Below are positions 60,653-64,000 of a DNA stretch of 64,000 bases, in pieces. The DNA is taken from the NCBI GenBank assembly GCA_963778115.1, contig CAVZSV010000004.1, forward strand, positions 832,001 through 896,000. The letters are read 5' to 3'. The notes beneath the pieces are model-generated. The model did no database searches and had not been told where the DNA came from. It saw only the letters and a list, made by a program, of their open reading frames with translations. Source of the stretch: an uncultured delta proteobacterium. Lineage in GTDB: Bacteria > Bdellovibrionota > FAC87 > UBA2466. Position numbers and translations under genes: made by a program. Position 1 is the first letter of the stretch. Every line of letters starts with the position of its first letter.

Positions 60653-61861
60653 TTAGTAAACATCCACAGTGAGTGACATTGCGGCTCCCCCGTTACAGGG
60701 GATTCCAGTCACAGACTGAGCGACGATAGAGAGAGTGAATGTTCCTGCACTTCCCCAAGTGACTCCGAACGTATTACCGCTCGTAAGGACGTAGGGTAGC
60801 GAGGTATAAACTTGCTCTCCATCGCTAATCGAAACAATTTCCAGTTCCACACCCGTGGTCGATTGAATCTCGAACCCGGCCGCAGTTCCAGGATAAACCG
60901 GTGTCGAAGGAGACAGCGGAATTAAGCTGCAAGCCATCGCCGAGGTCGTGCCGCCGGTGTAGACGCAAGTTCCGTTTTCGTAAATGTAACCTGCAGAACA
61001 AACTCCAGTACCAGTGGTACCCGTATAGACGCAGGTTCCATTTTCGTAAACGTAACCCGTCGCGCAAACCCCAGTACCTGTCGTGGTTCCGGTGTAGACG
61101 CAGGTTCCGTTTTCGTAAACGTAACCCGTCGCGCATACGCCGGTACCCGTCGATCCCAGTACGCAAGTACCGTTCACGTTGGTGTAACCCGTGGCGCAAA
61201 CTCCGATACCGGTCGTGCCCGTATAGACGCAAGTTCCGTTCTCGTAGACATACCCAGAGGCACAAACTCCCGTACCCGTGGTTCCACTGAGCAATTCGCA
61301 ACCGACACCAGCGACGTAGGTGTAACCAGTCGCGCAAAGTCCAGTACCCGTGGTAGCGCCTTCGCAAAGTCCGTTTACGTTCGTGCCACTCACACAGTAG
61401 CCGATGGGTTCTCCCGAAGTGGCGACACCCGTGTAGATACAGCTTGTACCGCTGTAAGTATAACCGCTGGCGCAAACCGTACCCGTTCCGGAACAGGTAT
61501 AGATGCCATTAACGGTCGTACATCCCGTGGTACTGGTCGATGCTACCGAACAAGTACCCGAGGTTCCTAAAGTGCTGTCGGTAAAGGTTACCGTAGATCC
61601 TAAAGTGGCGTAAGCAGCGGGTATCTGATAGTAAGTTCCGCTGTAGGTAAAACTAATTGGATAACTTCCGACCTCTCCGGAAATGGCGTCACCCGTATTA
61701 GAGCCAGTGATATAGAGGTCGTAACCTCCGGTCTGGGTATCGATCTGGGTATAACAAGTCGCCGCGAGGCCCGACTGATTCGACGTCGAACTTCCGCAAC
61801 CGGACAGTAATCCCATGGTGATAAGTGCAGTGCTAATCAGCGAAGCGAGTTGTTTAAACAT
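60653..61861 (-). CDS. Cys/Thr/Gly-rich repeat lipoprotein
   Basis: Lipobox LSGC; eight CxxG(Y)...C units. Confidence 0.8.
   Translation of the reverse strand: MFKQLASLISTALITMGLLSGCGSSTSNQSGLAATCYTQIDTQTGGYDLYITGSNTGDAISGEVGSYPISFTYSGTYYQIPAAYATLGSTVTFTDSTLGTSGTCSVASTSTTGCTTVNGIYTCSGTGTVCASGYTYSGTSCIYTGVATSGEPIGYCVSGTNVNGLCEGATTGTGLCATGYTYVAGVGCELLSGTTGTGVCASGYVYENGTCVYTGTTGIGVCATGYTNVNGTCVLGSTGTGVCATGYVYENGTCVYTGTTTGTGVCATGYVYENGTCVYTGTTGTGVCSAGYIYENGTCVYTGGTTSAMACSLIPLSPSTPVYPGTAAGFEIQSTTGVELEIVSISDGEQVYTSLPYVLTSGNTFGVTWGSAGTFTLSIVAQSVTGIPCNGGAAMSLTVDVY
60945..61490 (-). repeat. coding tandem repeat, about 8 x 21-27 aa
   Basis: Consensus GTGVCATGYVYENGTCVYTGTT; near-identical DNA units at about 61010-61150. 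Confidence 0.9.
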
Positions 61862-62611
61862 AGTCGTACCTTTCATTGGTGAAACCAAATTACTTAATTC
61901 CTTAATCGCTAGGTAAAGCACACGGCGTACCAACTTTTTCATCGGGAGAGCCAGCTTCATTTTGTCGAAAGTTTGAACAGGGCAAAAAGAGCGCTTTGTG
62001 AAGTCCTAAATGAATCAAGGGTTTAGGGGATGAAGAAGTGGTTACATTCTAAACGTATACTCTTAGTTCGGTGCTAGGGCAGAAGGGAGAAGGGGTAGCT
62101 AGCCTAAAACAAAGGAAAAAGTGGGGGAAGTGTCAGTTGGATAAGCAGAGGGGAGAGTAGTCAAAAGTTTGAGCAAAAATTAATGACCGCTCTCTTTGCG
62201 ACTCCCCAACGCCAAAGGGCCCGTAAGCCCCCAAACCCCAAAAAAAGAAAGCACCCAATCTATCCGTCGCGCGACGGATAAACCAAGATCCAAGATCCGA
62301 AAAAGAGAAAATAAAAACCGAAACCCCGAGCGACAGAACAGACTAATCACATCTCGGTCTCCATAACGGCCTCGTGCAAAAGAAAGCGGGGACTTCTAGG
62401 AAGGTCCGTTTCAAACTGCAGAACGACGGCCATTTAGAAGCCATTGCTCAATCACCAGCGTCGGAAGGTAAAAAGTTCCCTGAGCGGCGCGACAGCACCA
62501 TCTACTCGTTCTATCGTCGATAAAAGTATAATTTCTCTTCTAATTTCGATTGAAAAAGGAGATAACTCAGAGTATCAATTACTTAATCTATCGACGAGAG
62601 AGGAGCATCTC

Positions 62612-63520
62612 ATGAAACTCTACACCCGCATCGAAATCCACGAAAACGCCGTTCGACTCGTATCCGAACTCAAAAACAAAGAGACTGAGCTTATCGAGAC
62701 TCTCCAGCTAGTAGACCGTCTTAGAATTTATGAAGACCATGATTTCGGGTCTCTCTATGCCTACTGCACCCAACGTCTTGGCCTTTCGGAAGATAGAGCC
62801 TGTACCTATATTCGTGTCGCTCAACTAGCGACGAAGGTCCCAGCCCTTAAGGAAGCTATTAAGAAAGAGGAGATTTCGGTAACTGCTGCCAAGAAATTAA
62901 CCCAGGTCCTTAACATTGAGAATCAAGGAGTATGGCTTGAGAAAGCAAAGAACGTTTCGACAAGGGAACTTGAAATCGCTATCGCCAAAGAAAAGCCTCA
63001 GACTCTTGTTAGAGAATCAGTGAAACCCATTGCAGAAGCCCTCTTTGAATTACGCTGTGCCCTTACTCCCAAAGCTGAACAGCTTCTTAAGCGCACTCTT
63101 GGCCTCTTAAGCTCTCAGAACCAAAGGGACGTAAAGCCCGGAGAGGCAATAGAGACTCTCCTTGAAGCTTTTGTAGAAAAAAATGACCCTGTAAAGAAAG
63201 CCGAACGAGCGCTTAACCGCAAAACTACAAAATTACCCGTCGCGCGACAGGCGATTAAAGATGGCAAGAGAACCGCTATACCAAGACCCGTAGGTCATAT
63301 AGTGACGCTAGCAACCGGCTCGCAATGCATCCACGTCAGTTCCGATGGAATCCGGTGTACTGAGCGCAGATGGCTCGCCAAGGATCACAAACAGGAAGTC
63401 CATCAGGGAGGGCTTCACACTCCAAACAACTTAACCCTGCTCTGTGCGTTCCATCATCGAATGCATCACAGAAAACAACCTTTCATGGGCAGCGATGGTC
63501 GGCCGTGGTTTCCTCTATAA
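62612..63520 (+). CDS. HNH endonuclease with DUF222-like N-terminal region
   Basis: GAGGAG RBS; SLYAYCTQRLGLSE; C...RC...DH...GG...NNLTLLCAFHH. Confidence 0.85.
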   Translation: MKLYTRIEIHENAVRLVSELKNKETELIETLQLVDRLRIYEDHDFGSLYAYCTQRLGLSEDRACTYIRVAQLATKVPALKEAIKKEEISVTAAKKLTQVLNIENQGVWLEKAKNVSTRELEIAIAKEKPQTLVRESVKPIAEALFELRCALTPKAEQLLKRTLGLLSSQNQRDVKPGEAIETLLEAFVEKNDPVKKAERALNRKTTKLPVARQAIKDGKRTAIPRPVGHIVTLATGSQCIHVSSDGIRCTERRWLAKDHKQEVHQGGLHTPNNLTLLCAFHHRMHHRKQPFMGSDGRPWFPL

Positions 63521-63536
63521 GACACATGCTGCATCG

Positions 63537-64000
63537 TTACTCCCCTGGCGTAGCGGGCTTGGAATTTAGCGACCAATCGTAGTTAAGATATTTGATGTGG
63601 GTAAGCTCCGTCACCCTACCCGTCATCGCTATAGGCAAGAATTTTTTTAGGTAACTAATAAGATCGCCGTTTCGAGTGAAGTCTTTAGCAAACCAATTAA
63701 AAATCTGCGAGAGGTATAGCGTGTTCTCTTTGTCATTATATTGATTGCGAGTGGGGTCGGCCAGAAATTGTTTCCCTTGATCGTCAAGCTGCACGTTGAG
63801 CCGACTACCGACATAAGCTTCAGATCTTAGCGCCGGGCAGCTTACCGCCCCACAGACGAGAGCGAAGTGGATTCGGGCGTCCTTGTATTTGGTTCGAAGA
63901 TTATCTTTTTCTATTTCATCTAACGTTACGGGCTTTCCCATGGCGCGGAAGACGACCGTTTTATCTCCAATCGTATATTCGGATACTCGCCATTGTTTTG
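63537..64000 (-). CDS. DUF547 domain protein, 5' end outside the window
   Basis: TLDEIE, DARIHFALVCGAVSCP, LSQIFNWF, YDWSLN; frame open to the edge. Confidence 0.88.
   Translation of the reverse strand, partial: KQWRVSEYTIGDKTVVFRAMGKPVTLDEIEKDNLRTKYKDARIHFALVCGAVSCPALRSEAYVGSRLNVQLDDQGKQFLADPTRNQYNDKENTLYLSQIFNWFAKDFTRNGDLISYLKKFLPIAMTGRVTELTHIKYLNYDWSLNSKPATPGE

Noticed and set aside
60825..61475. 216-aa Arg/Leu-rich ORF
   Set aside because: Alternate-frame shadow of the Cys-repeat gene
60945..61490. CRISPR array
   Set aside because: The repeats are in-frame coding units with codon-level variation and no unique spacers; no cas genes seen
44430..64000. Prophage or integrative element at tRNA-Gln
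   Set aside because: No integrase, phage structural or conjugation genes, and no att duplicate seen within the window

Overview
Bacterial chromosomal window, standard genetic code. The lineage is inferred as Bdellovibrionota/deltaproteobacteria-like from the TIGR02147 gene, the DUF222-like HNH gene and the many Cys-bearing secreted hypotheticals. 1-14 kb holds housekeeping and envelope genes: a partial PAS sensor, aldehyde dehydrogenase, a TolC-MacA-MacB-type exporter, a deoxyhypusine-synthase-like gene plus ABC-2 exporter, hemH and a TlpA. 14-33.4 kb is the str-S10-spc-alpha ribosomal cluster on the minus strand. It lacks rplC at a clean junction, and two patches of frameshifted essential genes look like sequencing or assembly indels. 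33.8-44.5 kb carries gltX, an HD hydrolase, marC, thiL, cca, meaB, LPS heptose genes and tRNA-Gln(CTG). 44.5-64 kb is an accessory tract of secreted proteins and lipoproteins with an IS110/IS1111 remnant and an HNH gene. The best lead is a 380-codon secreted, membrane-anchored ORF (56543-57685). Its only Cys sits in C-A-S-[TGA]-H-Q-G-G, a CxxCH heme motif with an in-frame UGA, followed by a SECIS-like hairpin and next to a secreted thioredoxin. Other leads are a structured RNA between rpsL and gltX, a 58-bp perfect palindrome, a palindrome shared by the HNH gene and its leader, and a Cys-repeat/low-complexity surface protein cluster. All calls are by eye; no searches were run.
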